Positions 11,339-21,102 of a stretch of 64,000 nucleotides of DNA are shown one piece after another. Under the pieces are notes generated by a model. The model was not told the origin of the DNA and made no database searches. It saw only the letters and a program-made list of their open reading frames with translations. A program made the translations under genes and the position numbers. The DNA is from Diplonema japonicum (lineage: Eukaryota; Protista; Euglenozoa: Diplonemea), in contig OZ025730.1 in NCBI GenBank assembly GCA_964019335.1, positions 186,001-250,000 on the forward strand. The letters run 5' to 3'. Every line of letters begins with the position of its first letter. Positions within the stretch are counted from its first letter, which is position 1.

Positions 11339-11878
11339 TCACATGAGCAACGCTGCGATCTGTTGTTCAGTGAGGTGCATGATCTGCTCACCACATATGG
11401 TGACCCTTGCTTTGCTGACGTCGCCCGTTCCTACAATCTTGACCAAAAGGGTGAGGGTGTCAGAAGAGGAGAACCTAACCTGTTGAAGGGCTGTCTGTGG
11501 TGCTGAGGGGGATAGGGTAGCAAGGGGGATGGTGATGGGTTCGGGGTGGGATAGAGGGTTGCTGTATTTTAGGGAGACAAACGCACGAAGGTCAATAGCC
11601 TCCTCTGGGCAGTCATGCAAGCAAATATTGTTTATGAAATAGTCCATGACGACCCCCGAACTGTTGTCCACCTCAAGGGGCGTCTCGTTCTTCATCACGA
11701 CACTCCAGGACATGGACAGCTCCTCCATCTCCCCCTTCGCTCCCACAACTTCCACTGCAGGCTGCTCCGCCGCCTTCACCTCTTTTTTCTCTTCCCAGAC
11801 ACCCTTCTCTGCCTTGCCCAATACCTTACTCCTTGCCTCTCCTACGCTCGCCCTTGACTCTCCCCTTTTCTTGACCAT
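11339..11878 (-). CDS. Nucleoplasmin-like (NPL) domain protein
   Basis: Likely start MVKKRG at 11878 after an A tract. Pattern WSVVM...INNICL...IPLATLSP...QTALQQVRF...VTICG fits the NPL beta-barrel. Confidence 0.65.
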   Translation of the reverse strand: MVKKRGESRASVGEARSKVLGKAEKGVWEEKKEVKAAEQPAVEVVGAKGEMEELSMSWSVVMKNETPLEVDNSSGVVMDYFINNICLHDCPEEAIDLRAFVSLKYSNPLSHPEPITIPLATLSPSAPQTALQQVRFSSSDTLTLLVKIVGTGDVSKARVTICGEQIMHLTEQQIAALLM

Positions 11879-12396
11879 TTTTTTTTTGTTCCCCTTCTGA
11901 AGGGGGGAAGGAGGAAATAATATGACATTTTCGTGTTGGGGGGCGGGGAGGGTGTGGGAGAAATAAATAAAAAAGGAAAAAAAAAGGATATAGAAAAGAA
12001 GGGGGGGGGGGGGGGGGGATATTGAGTGCCACGGCTTTTTTTTTAAATACAAATTGGAGGAGGCTGCGGAGGACTGCTGGAACCGAATTAAAAAAAAAAG
12101 AAGAAAAAAACACTAACATAAAAAGAAAAAGAGGAAGAAAAAAAAAACACTCGAAAAAAAAAAAAAACAGAAATCGTGGTAGTACTGTGGGGGGAATAAA
12201 AAAAAAAGAGGGGGTATATAATAATTAAAAAAAAAACCACACAAGGTTTCTTCTTCGTCTTCTTTTTTTTTTTTCAAACCAAAAAAAAAAAAAAAAAAAC
12301 CCCTTCTTTTTTTGATCCCTCCTCGCATGGCGCTCCTTCACACACTTCCCCTCCTCCCCCAATTTGTTTTCTCTTCTTCTTCTTCTTCTTTTTTTT

Positions 12397-12846
12397 CTAA
12401 TGCCTACTAGTATGAGACATAATATGAGGTGTGAAATCACCCACGTAGTAGTAAGGCGCCCGCGCCATCAGGTTGTCAATGGTCTTTTTTTTTTTTTTAA
12501 ATTTCGCCCCCCTTCCACATACCTCGTAGTTGTCATACGCTGAATCTCTGAAATTGTTGCGCAGATTTTGGACGTTCTCCTTGGGGAAAAATTGCTCCAG
12601 GCACTGGAAGTGTGCCTCTATTTTGTATCCGCAGTTCCCGTGCATATTTAAACACTGGTCCCTGTACATCCGTGTCGACCTACAGTGCTTCAACGCAGGG
12701 TGCTGCAGCTCACAAGGTTGCGCCCCTCTCCAATTCTTGTAGTCACTAATGGTGTTCTCAACCGTCCCCATCTTCCAAGGGGTTCTGCTCGACGGGTTCT
12801 CATCGACCAGAGGGTCATCATTGTGACGGCTGTTGCCCTGCCCCAT
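12397..12846 (-). CDS. Small twin-CX9C (CHCH-like) protein with N-myristoylation motif; probable intron 12484-12522
   Basis: MGQGNS start; C-ELQHPALKH-C and C-GYKIEAHFQ-C. A 39-nt in-frame GTATGT...A-tract-AG segment would otherwise encode VCGRGAKFKKKKK. Confidence 0.7.
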   Translation of the reverse strand: MGQGNSRHNDDPLVDENPSSRTPWKMGTVENTISDYKNWRGAQPCELQHPALKHCRSTRMYRDQCLNMHGNCGYKIEAHFQCLEQFFPKENVQNLRNNFRDSAYDNYEVCGRGAKFKKKKKTIDNLMARAPYYYVGDFTPHIMSHTSRH

Positions 12847-12976
12847 GCTTTTTTGGCTTCCCTCCTTTTTTTTTTTTTTTTTTTTTGTGTGGGAAAAAAT
12901 ATGGGTGTTGCGGGAAAAAAAAAAAAAAAAAAAACTCAACTTTTTTTTTTCTTTTTTTTTTTTTTTTTTCCCTTTA

Positions 12977-15900
12977 CTAAACGGGAGGGGGAGCTGGGTA
13001 TTCGTGGCTGTCTAATTTCGCACGCGACACGAGATGGTTTACAAACTCCCTCAAATGCACGATTTCTGCCTGCTGTTTGGTCATCTCCTCATTGTTCATT
13101 TCCACCTGCTGTATCACCTCAGCAATGTTCAAAGAATCCAACTTCGCGAGATCAAGTATCGAAGGCGCCGTTCGACATTTCGACGATTTCGCACTTTTTG
13201 CACGGGGCATCAAGGGCGTGCCTGTTGGGCTTGGAGAGGTCCCAGCAGCTTGCGGAAAACTCTTATTCTGAGATCGGAGATCAGCAACGCTCGCTTCTGC
13301 AACACGAACCTTCTCGAGGATGATCTTTTTTTCATGTCGGAGCTCGTTAATCTCACGGACGAGGAGGGAGTTCTCCGCGGTCTTGCGCTGGTTGTCCTGG
13401 CTCAAATTTTGTTCTCGTCTGCTTGACTGCTTCGTAACGGAACTCAGCTGTTTTTCAATATAAAGCCGTTGCCTGTGAAACTCATGTATAACCTTCCCAT
13501 CACTGTCTGATGTGTTTCCTTGTTGATCTTGAAACTTTTCTATTATACCACGAATCACGTACACCAACCGTTTTGGGCTGGATGTGGCGCCTTGTTGGGA
13601 CAGCTGGCGGAGCAGGCCTCTTATTAGAATTTCCTTCCCCTCGAGTTTTCGTTTTGTGGCGGCTGTTTCTTTGTGGACAACCGCGACTTTTTCGTCCTTT
13701 GCGGAGAGAGCTCGTGTGAGGGCTTGCCTGTCTTGGTCGATTTTCGCGATTTCAGTTTCCATTTCTTGCATTCTACTGTCCATTATTCTGATCTGTTCCT
13801 CCTTCGGAGCGACTTCTTTTCGCAGTTCGTTGAATTTGAACGCGAGGACGTATCGGAGCTTCTCTAGCTCCGCGGTTTGTTTTTTGAGTTCTAGTATTTT
13901 CTTCTCGCTTGTTGTGATGGTGTCGATACGGACGTCGATCTCTAGCCGAAGGGCGTCGTTTGCCTTCTCGTGTTCCTTGTTCTTCGTCTTCGCTCTTGCG
14001 AGCATGTCTGTGCGTGCTTTTAAATCTCTTTCCAATTTTTCGATTTCCAATGCGTTTTTCTCTTGCATGCGCTGGCCCATGTTCCATTGCAGCATGTCCT
14101 TGTCGCATTGGTCGTCTTTCTTTTCTTTTTCTGCTTGGTAGGTTTCTTTGACGTCTTGGATTTCAGCTTCGTACTCCTTCTCGAGGAGTTCGAGCCTCTC
14201 ATCTCCAAGAGCGCGTTGCGCATCGCCTTCTTTTTGCAGCTGTTGCATTTCCTTTTTAATGTTGGTCTCCAGCTCGACCAACCGGAGCTTTAAGCGTTCC
14301 TTTTCCTTGGCCCATTCTTTGCGGTAGATATGCAACTTATTCTCGTAGCGAACTGTCATGTCGTCCTTCTCGTCTTTCAGGGTTTTGTACCGCGATTCCA
14401 TCTCCTCGCCCTTGCTGCTGTACAGGATTTCAAGATCTTCCGCTGCTTTGAGGTGCAGGGATTCGTTGCTCTCCTCGCGTTCCCTCGCACTGTCGATGAC
14501 AGATTTTTTATCACGTTGGCACTCGTTGGATTTGCGGTGGTAGGTTTCAACGAGTTTCGCGGTTTCACCTCGCTTCTCCTCGACAAGTTTCTCGAATTTA
14601 AGCTTTAGCTTTTTCTTCTCTTGGTTTTGATGTGATTCTAGCTCTTCGTTGGCATCCGTCAGGTTCTGTATGGTGCTTGTCTGTTCGTCGAGTTCCTTCT
14701 GCAAAACATATGAAACATCCTCAAAGGTCGATTGGTTCACGAACCGCGTCTTGTCAACAGGGAGGTTCGGAGAGCCGACTTCGAACACGAACAATGATTT
14801 GTCCTCACCTACCGTGAACAGAAAGTTCTCATTGCTGCTCAGCAGTACAAAAACAACAGCGGATTGATGAGCTTCAAGGGTTAACAACGGTGCGTCACCA
14901 TCTGACATGGGCCATGGGTACACCAGTATCTGCCCGGTTATCGATCCAAGGAAGGCGCATTTATGAACAGTTGAAATGGCGCATTCTGCGGTGTGGGATT
15001 TGTTGTGAGCTTGTTTTTGCTGGACGACACCGAGGAGCACGGGGTTGGTGAGGGGAGGGTGGCTCACTTTGTCCTTTATCTTCTCGTTTTGAAAGGTCAT
15101 GGTCCGCAAGCAAACAGCGCCCTCTGGAAGGCCCATGTCGGAAACCTTGTTGGACCCCACCGCGAGGAGCATCTGAGTATCCTCGTCATATCGGACGCAC
15201 GAGTGCGCCACGGCCTTCGTCATGTTTTGCCGTAAATCGATGTTCTTGCATGTTTCAACGTTCCATAGATGGACTGCTCCTTCGTACCCCGCTGAGATGA
15301 TGTGTTGGTCATTGTTGGCCCATGTAATGCTGCGCACCATGGACGTGTGCCCCGTCAAAAACCCTATGCAACTGAAGTTGTAGCTGTTGTACAGGAATAT
15401 CTTGGTGACGACGGCCGCGGCGAAGAAATGCCCGCCTTTGGAAAAGGACAGCTCTTTGCAGTGCTTCACGGGGAATTCTTGAATGGGGTGCAGGGACTTC
15501 GACAGCACGGTGTACATCGCCATTTTGTACTTGAACGCAACCACCAAACACAGTCCCGACGGATGACACGCCACTGCAGACACCTCCTCATCGAAAATAC
15601 AGTCGATTTCAGTTTTTTTCCGCAGATAATTCCAAATCCGGACATGTTTGTCCGTTGACGAGGTGACAATGATACTTCTCTGGATGCAAACACTAAGCGA
15701 CGTGATGCTGTCAGAGTGGAACCCGGTCGACAACGGACGGAAGGCCTCCTCGGGGTCCATCTCCTTTTCAGGTTCTAAAATGTCTATATTCGACAGGCTG
15801 AACACGAACGCGGTGTTGTTGTTGCAGCAGCATATGATGCTCTCCTCGTTCGGGGAGACAGAGAGGGACACAATTCTGAACATATCGCTTGTTCGAAACG

Positions 15901-16831
15901 ATTTGTAAATGTGGAAATACGTCCCGTCAAATGTTCGCTCGAACAAGGATAGATACCCACCGTCACCCGCGCACACAAAACCTCTAGACACTGTTATGAT
16001 GCACCAGATCGACTGGTTGTCGGCATGCACTGCTTGGAGGACTTTCTTGCATTCGGAGTTTTCAATAACAACAATGTCGCCTTCCATGGTGGCTGCCACG
16101 ACTTTCTCGTCTTCGTACCAAGCGTGAGCGGTGTACCGGTACTCCCGCTTTTTCAACATTGGTTCAACAACACGAAGCTGGCTTGGAGCGTGGTGCTTCC
16201 ACAATTTAAAAGCTGTCGGTCCCGTTGTGCAGACAGTGGTAGGTGACCAAGGCGAAAACGACACCTGGGTGATTCTCGTGTTAACCTCCGCCATCGTAAC
16301 CAACCTACAAGGGCTTTTATCAAGCTGCCATATGTACACAAAAGCTTCCGGTGTGCTCGTTACCGTCACCAATAGTTTGTTGTCGCGCGAAAATGCCAGT
16401 GCGACAACAGGCTGCTTTGCTAGGTAAGACAGCGACAGTGCACGGACCTTCTTTGTTGTGACTAAAGAACTACCGGTTTCTTTTAAATCGACACTCCAGA
16501 TGGTGACTTCGTTCGCAGCTTCTTTGCTGTCATCTGTGAGACGCTCTGCCAGTGCAATATACTTGCGATTGTGTGCCACTGCGAATGTCATGATTTCCTG
16601 CGCTTTTGCCTGTTTCAATATGAACCGATACTGTAGGGTGTCGTAGTTGTAAACAGCCATGTGCCGGCCGATCCCGTAAAGCAGTACGCCGTCTGAGAGG
16701 TGTGCCACCTCGCCACCCCCGAAGCCGAGTGCTGTGTAGAAGGAAACGTCTACTGGGCTCCTTTCTTCCTTCACTGTGCCCCCAGGAACCGTTCCCGCAA
16801 GGGTCATATCCATCTCAGTATCGTCTTGCAT
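12977..16831 (-). CDS. CFAP57: Cilia- and flagella-associated protein 57 (WDR65)
   Basis: 1284 aa. N-terminal WD40 repeats (FHSDSITSLSVCIQRSIIVTSSTDKHVRIWNY) and a long C-terminal coiled coil (LKKQTAELEKLRYVL...ENSLLVREINELR). Confidence 0.9.
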   Translation of the reverse strand: MQDDTEMDMTLAGTVPGGTVKEERSPVDVSFYTALGFGGGEVAHLSDGVLLYGIGRHMAVYNYDTLQYRFILKQAKAQEIMTFAVAHNRKYIALAERLTDDSKEAANEVTIWSVDLKETGSSLVTTKKVRALSLSYLAKQPVVALAFSRDNKLLVTVTSTPEAFVYIWQLDKSPCRLVTMAEVNTRITQVSFSPWSPTTVCTTGPTAFKLWKHHAPSQLRVVEPMLKKREYRYTAHAWYEDEKVVAATMEGDIVVIENSECKKVLQAVHADNQSIWCIITVSRGFVCAGDGGYLSLFERTFDGTYFHIYKSFRTSDMFRIVSLSVSPNEESIICCCNNNTAFVFSLSNIDILEPEKEMDPEEAFRPLSTGFHSDSITSLSVCIQRSIIVTSSTDKHVRIWNYLRKKTEIDCIFDEEVSAVACHPSGLCLVVAFKYKMAMYTVLSKSLHPIQEFPVKHCKELSFSKGGHFFAAAVVTKIFLYNSYNFSCIGFLTGHTSMVRSITWANNDQHIISAGYEGAVHLWNVETCKNIDLRQNMTKAVAHSCVRYDEDTQMLLAVGSNKVSDMGLPEGAVCLRTMTFQNEKIKDKVSHPPLTNPVLLGVVQQKQAHNKSHTAECAISTVHKCAFLGSITGQILVYPWPMSDGDAPLLTLEAHQSAVVFVLLSSNENFLFTVGEDKSLFVFEVGSPNLPVDKTRFVNQSTFEDVSYVLQKELDEQTSTIQNLTDANEELESHQNQEKKKLKLKFEKLVEEKRGETAKLVETYHRKSNECQRDKKSVIDSAREREESNESLHLKAAEDLEILYSSKGEEMESRYKTLKDEKDDMTVRYENKLHIYRKEWAKEKERLKLRLVELETNIKKEMQQLQKEGDAQRALGDERLELLEKEYEAEIQDVKETYQAEKEKKDDQCDKDMLQWNMGQRMQEKNALEIEKLERDLKARTDMLARAKTKNKEHEKANDALRLEIDVRIDTITTSEKKILELKKQTAELEKLRYVLAFKFNELRKEVAPKEEQIRIMDSRMQEMETEIAKIDQDRQALTRALSAKDEKVAVVHKETAATKRKLEGKEILIRGLLRQLSQQGATSSPKRLVYVIRGIIEKFQDQQGNTSDSDGKVIHEFHRQRLYIEKQLSSVTKQSSRREQNLSQDNQRKTAENSLLVREINELRHEKKIILEKVRVAEASVADLRSQNKSFPQAAGTSPSPTGTPLMPRAKSAKSSKCRTAPSILDLAKLDSLNIAEVIQQVEMNNEEMTKQQAEIVHLREFVNHLVSRAKLDSHEYPAPPPV

Positions 16832-17995
16832 TTTCTTTTTTTGTTGGGTGAAAAGGGGGGGAAAAAAAAAGAGAAAATAAACTGATCTTTACGCAAGAAC
16901 AGTGGGGGGGGGGGGGGACTGGATTGTTTTGTTTTTGTTTTTTTGTTGGTATTTCTTTTTTTGGAAAAGTTTGTTTAAAAAAAAAAAATAGATACAACAG
17001 AGAGTGTCCGAACTAAGGTATTTTGGAATAACTTTTTTTTTTTCTCTTTTTTTTTTCTTTTTTTTTCTGGCAGGTTTTTTGCTTTTTTGGTGCTACTTAT
17101 GCATTTTCTTTTTTTTTTTAAACTCTTATTTTTAAAAAAAAAAAGTGGGGGGAGGGAGGGAAAATGCAAAGAAATACGCTTGCCAATATAAAAAGTTGAA
17201 GGGAAAAAAAGAAAGAAAAAAGAAAAAGAAAAGCTGAAAACAAGAACTCACACAGTTAATTACAGGATTCTTGGGGGTGAGGGGACAGTGGGGATGGGGG
17301 GGATAACAATGGGAAAAAAAAAAGGAAGAGGGAAAGCAAAAGAGGAACCGGCCGCTGTTGCACGTGCCGAGTAGGGAAAAAAAAACCTGGTGATAGTTAA
17401 TAACGTTGCCAAGATTCCCCTTTTCTTTTTTGTTTAGACAAGTCAAAAAGACTCGTTCCTGCAAAAAAAGAGAGAAAAAAATTAAACTTCCGGAGCGAGT
17501 GTGTGGGGTGGGATCAAAAAAATAAACGTAAGTTGGGCAGGGGAGGGGGGAAGAAAAAAAAAAGAAAGCATACAATTTAATGAATGTTTTCTGTTTCAAA
17601 AAAAAAAAATAAAAAAAATAAAAACCTTTTAGCGAACCAGAACATCACACACACAATTAATTTAAAAAAAATTAACCACACACACGAAGTTTTTTTTTCT
17701 TTTCTCCTTTTTCTTTTCTCCCCTACTTTTGTTTTAAAAAAAAAATTACACACCTCCTTTTTTTTTTCTTCTTTTCTTTCCCTATCTAGTACGCTGGGTT
17801 TTTTTCTTTTTTTTTTTTTTTTGTTTAATCAGGGGAAAGGGGAGGGGAGAGACGATTTGGGAACAACAACAATAATTCTTTTCTTTTATAAGAAACAGAG
17901 GGGGATATGGGAGGGGGAGTACACTTTTTCCTTTTTTTTTTCCCTTTTTTTTTTTCCTTTTTTCTTCCTCTCCCCCCTTTTTTTTTTTACCCCGC

Positions 17996-18434
17996 TCACG
18001 GACGCTTAGGGGACCCAGCATTGCTGTAACGAGGAGAGCCCACGGGACGAGGGTACCTACGGGAGGTACTGTAACCCCCCTCCGAGAAAATAGCAGGGGA
18101 TTTTGAAAGGCGGGACGGGGACCCAGCAACAGGCGACCCAGGGTCCTGCCCGAATTGGGAAAGGAACTCGTGACGGAGGTTCTCCAGCTCCTTGTTCCTT
18201 TCAAGGTAAACTCGTTCCTCCTCCTGCCTGACGAGGGCGTCCCTCTGCGTAGCAAGACGCGACTCCAAGAGAAGCACATCTCTACGGTGCTGAAGGTACG
18301 AATACCTTGCCTCGACCTCATCGTACTTTAGCCTAAGGTAGGCCTTCTCAGTGTCCTTCACCTTAACCGCTTCAAAGTAATCGTTCCCAGCGGAGTACAG
18401 GGCTTCGAAGACATGAGGGTGGCTGGCTGCAAAC

Positions 18435-18469
<35 letters not shown>

Positions 18470-19020
18470 CCCCTTCCCCATACCTTGGAAAATTCTGCGT
18501 AACTGAGAACCCCGTCCCTGTTGCTGTCAGCGTGCACAAAGAACTCGTCGACCATGGGCTCGGAGAACTCGAACAGACCCAGCACACTGAAGAATCGCTG
18601 CAGTTCATCCCTCTCCACATATCCATTCCCGTTCACGTCAATATCCTGGAAAAGCTGCCAAAGCTTCTCGCTGTTGTTCCCCGAAGGCAGGGATTTGATA
18701 GGTCGGGTGGAGGGTATCTGCGCCTGCATGTCCATCCTCGAGGGTGTGTCGTGCTGGAAGATGTAAAGCTGTGCCCACTCGTGCAGTTGGGTAGACGAGA
18801 GAAGGTCCACCCACCTCTGAAGAACTTCGTCGAATATTTGGATGTATTCCAACCTGAAGGCCTGCTTCTTCCTCCCCACCGGCTTCATCAGCCTGTGCTC
18901 GATCTGCAGCGTGCTCTCAACGTGCCCCACCAGCTCCGTCATTGACGGAACAGACGGGAACCCTATCTCAATGTTGTGCTTCGATTCATACAGCTCGCTT
19001 GCCACCAATAGGATAAACAT
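17996..19020 (-). CDS. BILBO1-like protein (BILBO1 N-terminal domain, two EF-hands, coiled coil); exons 18484-19020 and 17996-18433
   Basis: N-terminus aligns by eye with the trypanosome BILBO1 NTD (VASELYESKHNIEIGFPSVPS...FDEVLQRWVDL...QLYIFQ). EF-hands DVNGNGYVERDE and DSNRDGVLSYAE. The 50-nt GT-AG intron 18434-18483 joins the two ORFs in frame (FSK|FAASHP). Confidence 0.85.
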
Positions 19021-19362
19021 TTTTTTTTTTTTTTTTTTTTTTTACTCCTTTTTTTGGGGGGATGAAAGGAACACACGAAAAAAAAACTCGATAAAATTTC
19101 AGTGTGCATGGGGGTGCTCACTGTGAAAAAAAAAAAAAAAAAAAAGAATGAATGAGAAAAAGAAATCTAGCTTTTAAAAAAAAAAAATCTACTTTTGACA
19201 ATAAAAAAAAAAAAAAAAAAAAGGGAAAAGGAAATTAAAAAGAAGGAGCGACACCCCAATCATCACTGGTCTCGTCAAAGTTTTCCAACACCGGTTCGCA
19301 TGGAATGAAAACATCAACTGGGAGAAGGCTTTCTGTGGGGGGAGAGGGGTTCTTTTGCTATT

Positions 19363-19728
19363 TTATTCATTACCTTTAAAAGCTGGTGCGTGCCATTCAA
19401 TATCAGCTACCCCGTTCTGAGCCTGCTGTCTGGCTAGTTTCTTCGCAGCAGCTTTTGCACGGTCATTTGCTGTTGTCTCGGCGACACTGAACAGTGGGGT
19501 GCACGGGGTGAGGGGGGTCTTCGCCCCACCCCATCCCCTGCTCCCTGGCGTAGCACCCCCACCCGCCCCAGCCAGCCCCTGTGGCTTTGCTCCCTTTGGG
19601 GTTTCACACGGTGTGTTAGGACACCGCTCGCTCAGCGAAGCCCTCGGAACCCCCTCCTTACCCTTCCCTGGCGTGTATTGCCCTTGCCCTTGCCCCCATG
19701 CGAATACGTTGCTCCCTTGAGCTTGCAT
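19363..19728 (-). CDS. Hypothetical protein, 121 aa, Gly/Pro-rich with several TP motifs
   Basis: Coding-like GC-rich island between homopolymer spacers; ATG after an A tract; same strand as neighbours. Confidence 0.6.
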   Translation of the reverse strand: MQAQGSNVFAWGQGQGQYTPGKGKEGVPRASLSERCPNTPCETPKGAKPQGLAGAGGGATPGSRGWGGAKTPLTPCTPLFSVAETTANDRAKAAAKKLARQQAQNGVADIEWHAPAFKGNE

Positions 19729-19964
19729 GGTTTTTTTTTTTCTTTTTTTTATTTTCTTTTTTCTTCCCCTCTCTCCCTTTTTTGCTTATTCCCTGTTCAG
19801 CCCGATCAAAAATGGGGGGGGATCCAAAAAAGAAAACCAGAACAGATAAGTGTGTGGGTGGGATGGGATGGGATGTGCAATTGTATTAGAAAAGAAGCTC
19901 TCTCTCTCTCTCTTTCTCTCTTTCTCTCCCCCCCCCCCCCCTTCTATGTTTCAAATCTATCTAA

Positions 19965-20705
19965 TCAATCTTTCGGAGGTGTGCGGGATCTTGGGGGGTC
20001 GTCCTTCGAAGGGTCCTTAGGGGCTTGTTGTGCGGACTTTCCTGTGTAGGTTTTCTCCGTTCTAAGCGTGTCTGCCTGCAGCCATTGAAGCTCTGTAAGC
20101 TTCTTGGAGAAGGCGTCTTGGTCGCCGTTGGAGAGAAGCGGGGATCCATAAGAGGTGGCTAACTCGCTGGCTTCGGTGGAAAACCGGGTGAATCGAGGGA
20201 TTTTGTCGACTTTGCTGCAGCAGAAGCCGTTTGTCGGTGATGAGGCTAAGGAGAGACCAAGGGTGCTGAAGTACAATTCTTCTTCGAGGGGGATTTTTTT
20301 GGGGGGTTTTTTGGAGGGAGTGGCGTCTTTTTTTGCGGACTTCCCCTTCGCTGGTGTGCCTTTTCGTGAAGATTCCTTGGTCCGTTCTCTATCCCAGCAT
20401 TCTTTTTGATATTCTTCAAGCTCTAGCAGGAGATCTCCGTTGCATTCTGAAGCGTCCTCGAATGCAACAAAATGCACCAACCTGCTCACCATCCCCGCAA
20501 CCTCTTCGTCCACGCTAGTGTTCCCCCCCCTCTCCAAGATCTCATAACGGTTGTCACCCAAGCTCAACACTGGTGTGTAAACCGCATTGTTCTTTTTACC
20601 GCTGTTATTCTTCACGTGTTGAATATCCCCCGCTTTGGGTGGATCCTCCTCCCTCTCAATCTTGGTTCCCGCATCTTCAAGGGGCTCTTGGTCTAACGAA
20701 CTCAT
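19965..20705 (-). CDS. Hypothetical protein, 246 aa, charged
   Basis: Clean ORF filling a non-homopolymer island; A-rich start context. Confidence 0.7.
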   Translation of the reverse strand: MSSLDQEPLEDAGTKIEREEDPPKAGDIQHVKNNSGKKNNAVYTPVLSLGDNRYEILERGGNTSVDEEVAGMVSRLVHFVAFEDASECNGDLLLELEEYQKECWDRERTKESSRKGTPAKGKSAKKDATPSKKPPKKIPLEEELYFSTLGLSLASSPTNGFCCSKVDKIPRFTRFSTEASELATSYGSPLLSNGDQDAFSKKLTELQWLQADTLRTEKTYTGKSAQQAPKDPSKDDPPRSRTPPKD

Positions 20706-20793
20706 TTGGGTTTTTTTTTTCCCCCCTTAAATTTTCAATTCTTCTTCCCTGTGAAAACATAGGTGGGTGAGCCGTGTAGGCGGGTTATCAATA

Positions 20794-20829
<36 letters not shown>

Positions 20830-21102
20830 ACACGGCAGACAAAAAAAGAAAAATGGGACATTACCCCCTCCCCCCCCTAAGCTTACAACAAACCCTTCCC
20901 CCCCCCCTTTTTTTTTAAAAAAAGGAGAAAAAAAACTTAACTTAAACTTTTTTTTTGTAATACCCCCCCTTTTTTTTTACCAAAAAAAATCTTCACGTTT
21001 TCCAGCACTTCTTTGAGGAAAGGGGTGGGGCGGGTGGAACACTTTTTTTTTTTCTTTTTTTTTTTTTCCCGAGGGCCGCAACCACACTTTTTTTTTTTTT
21101 AA

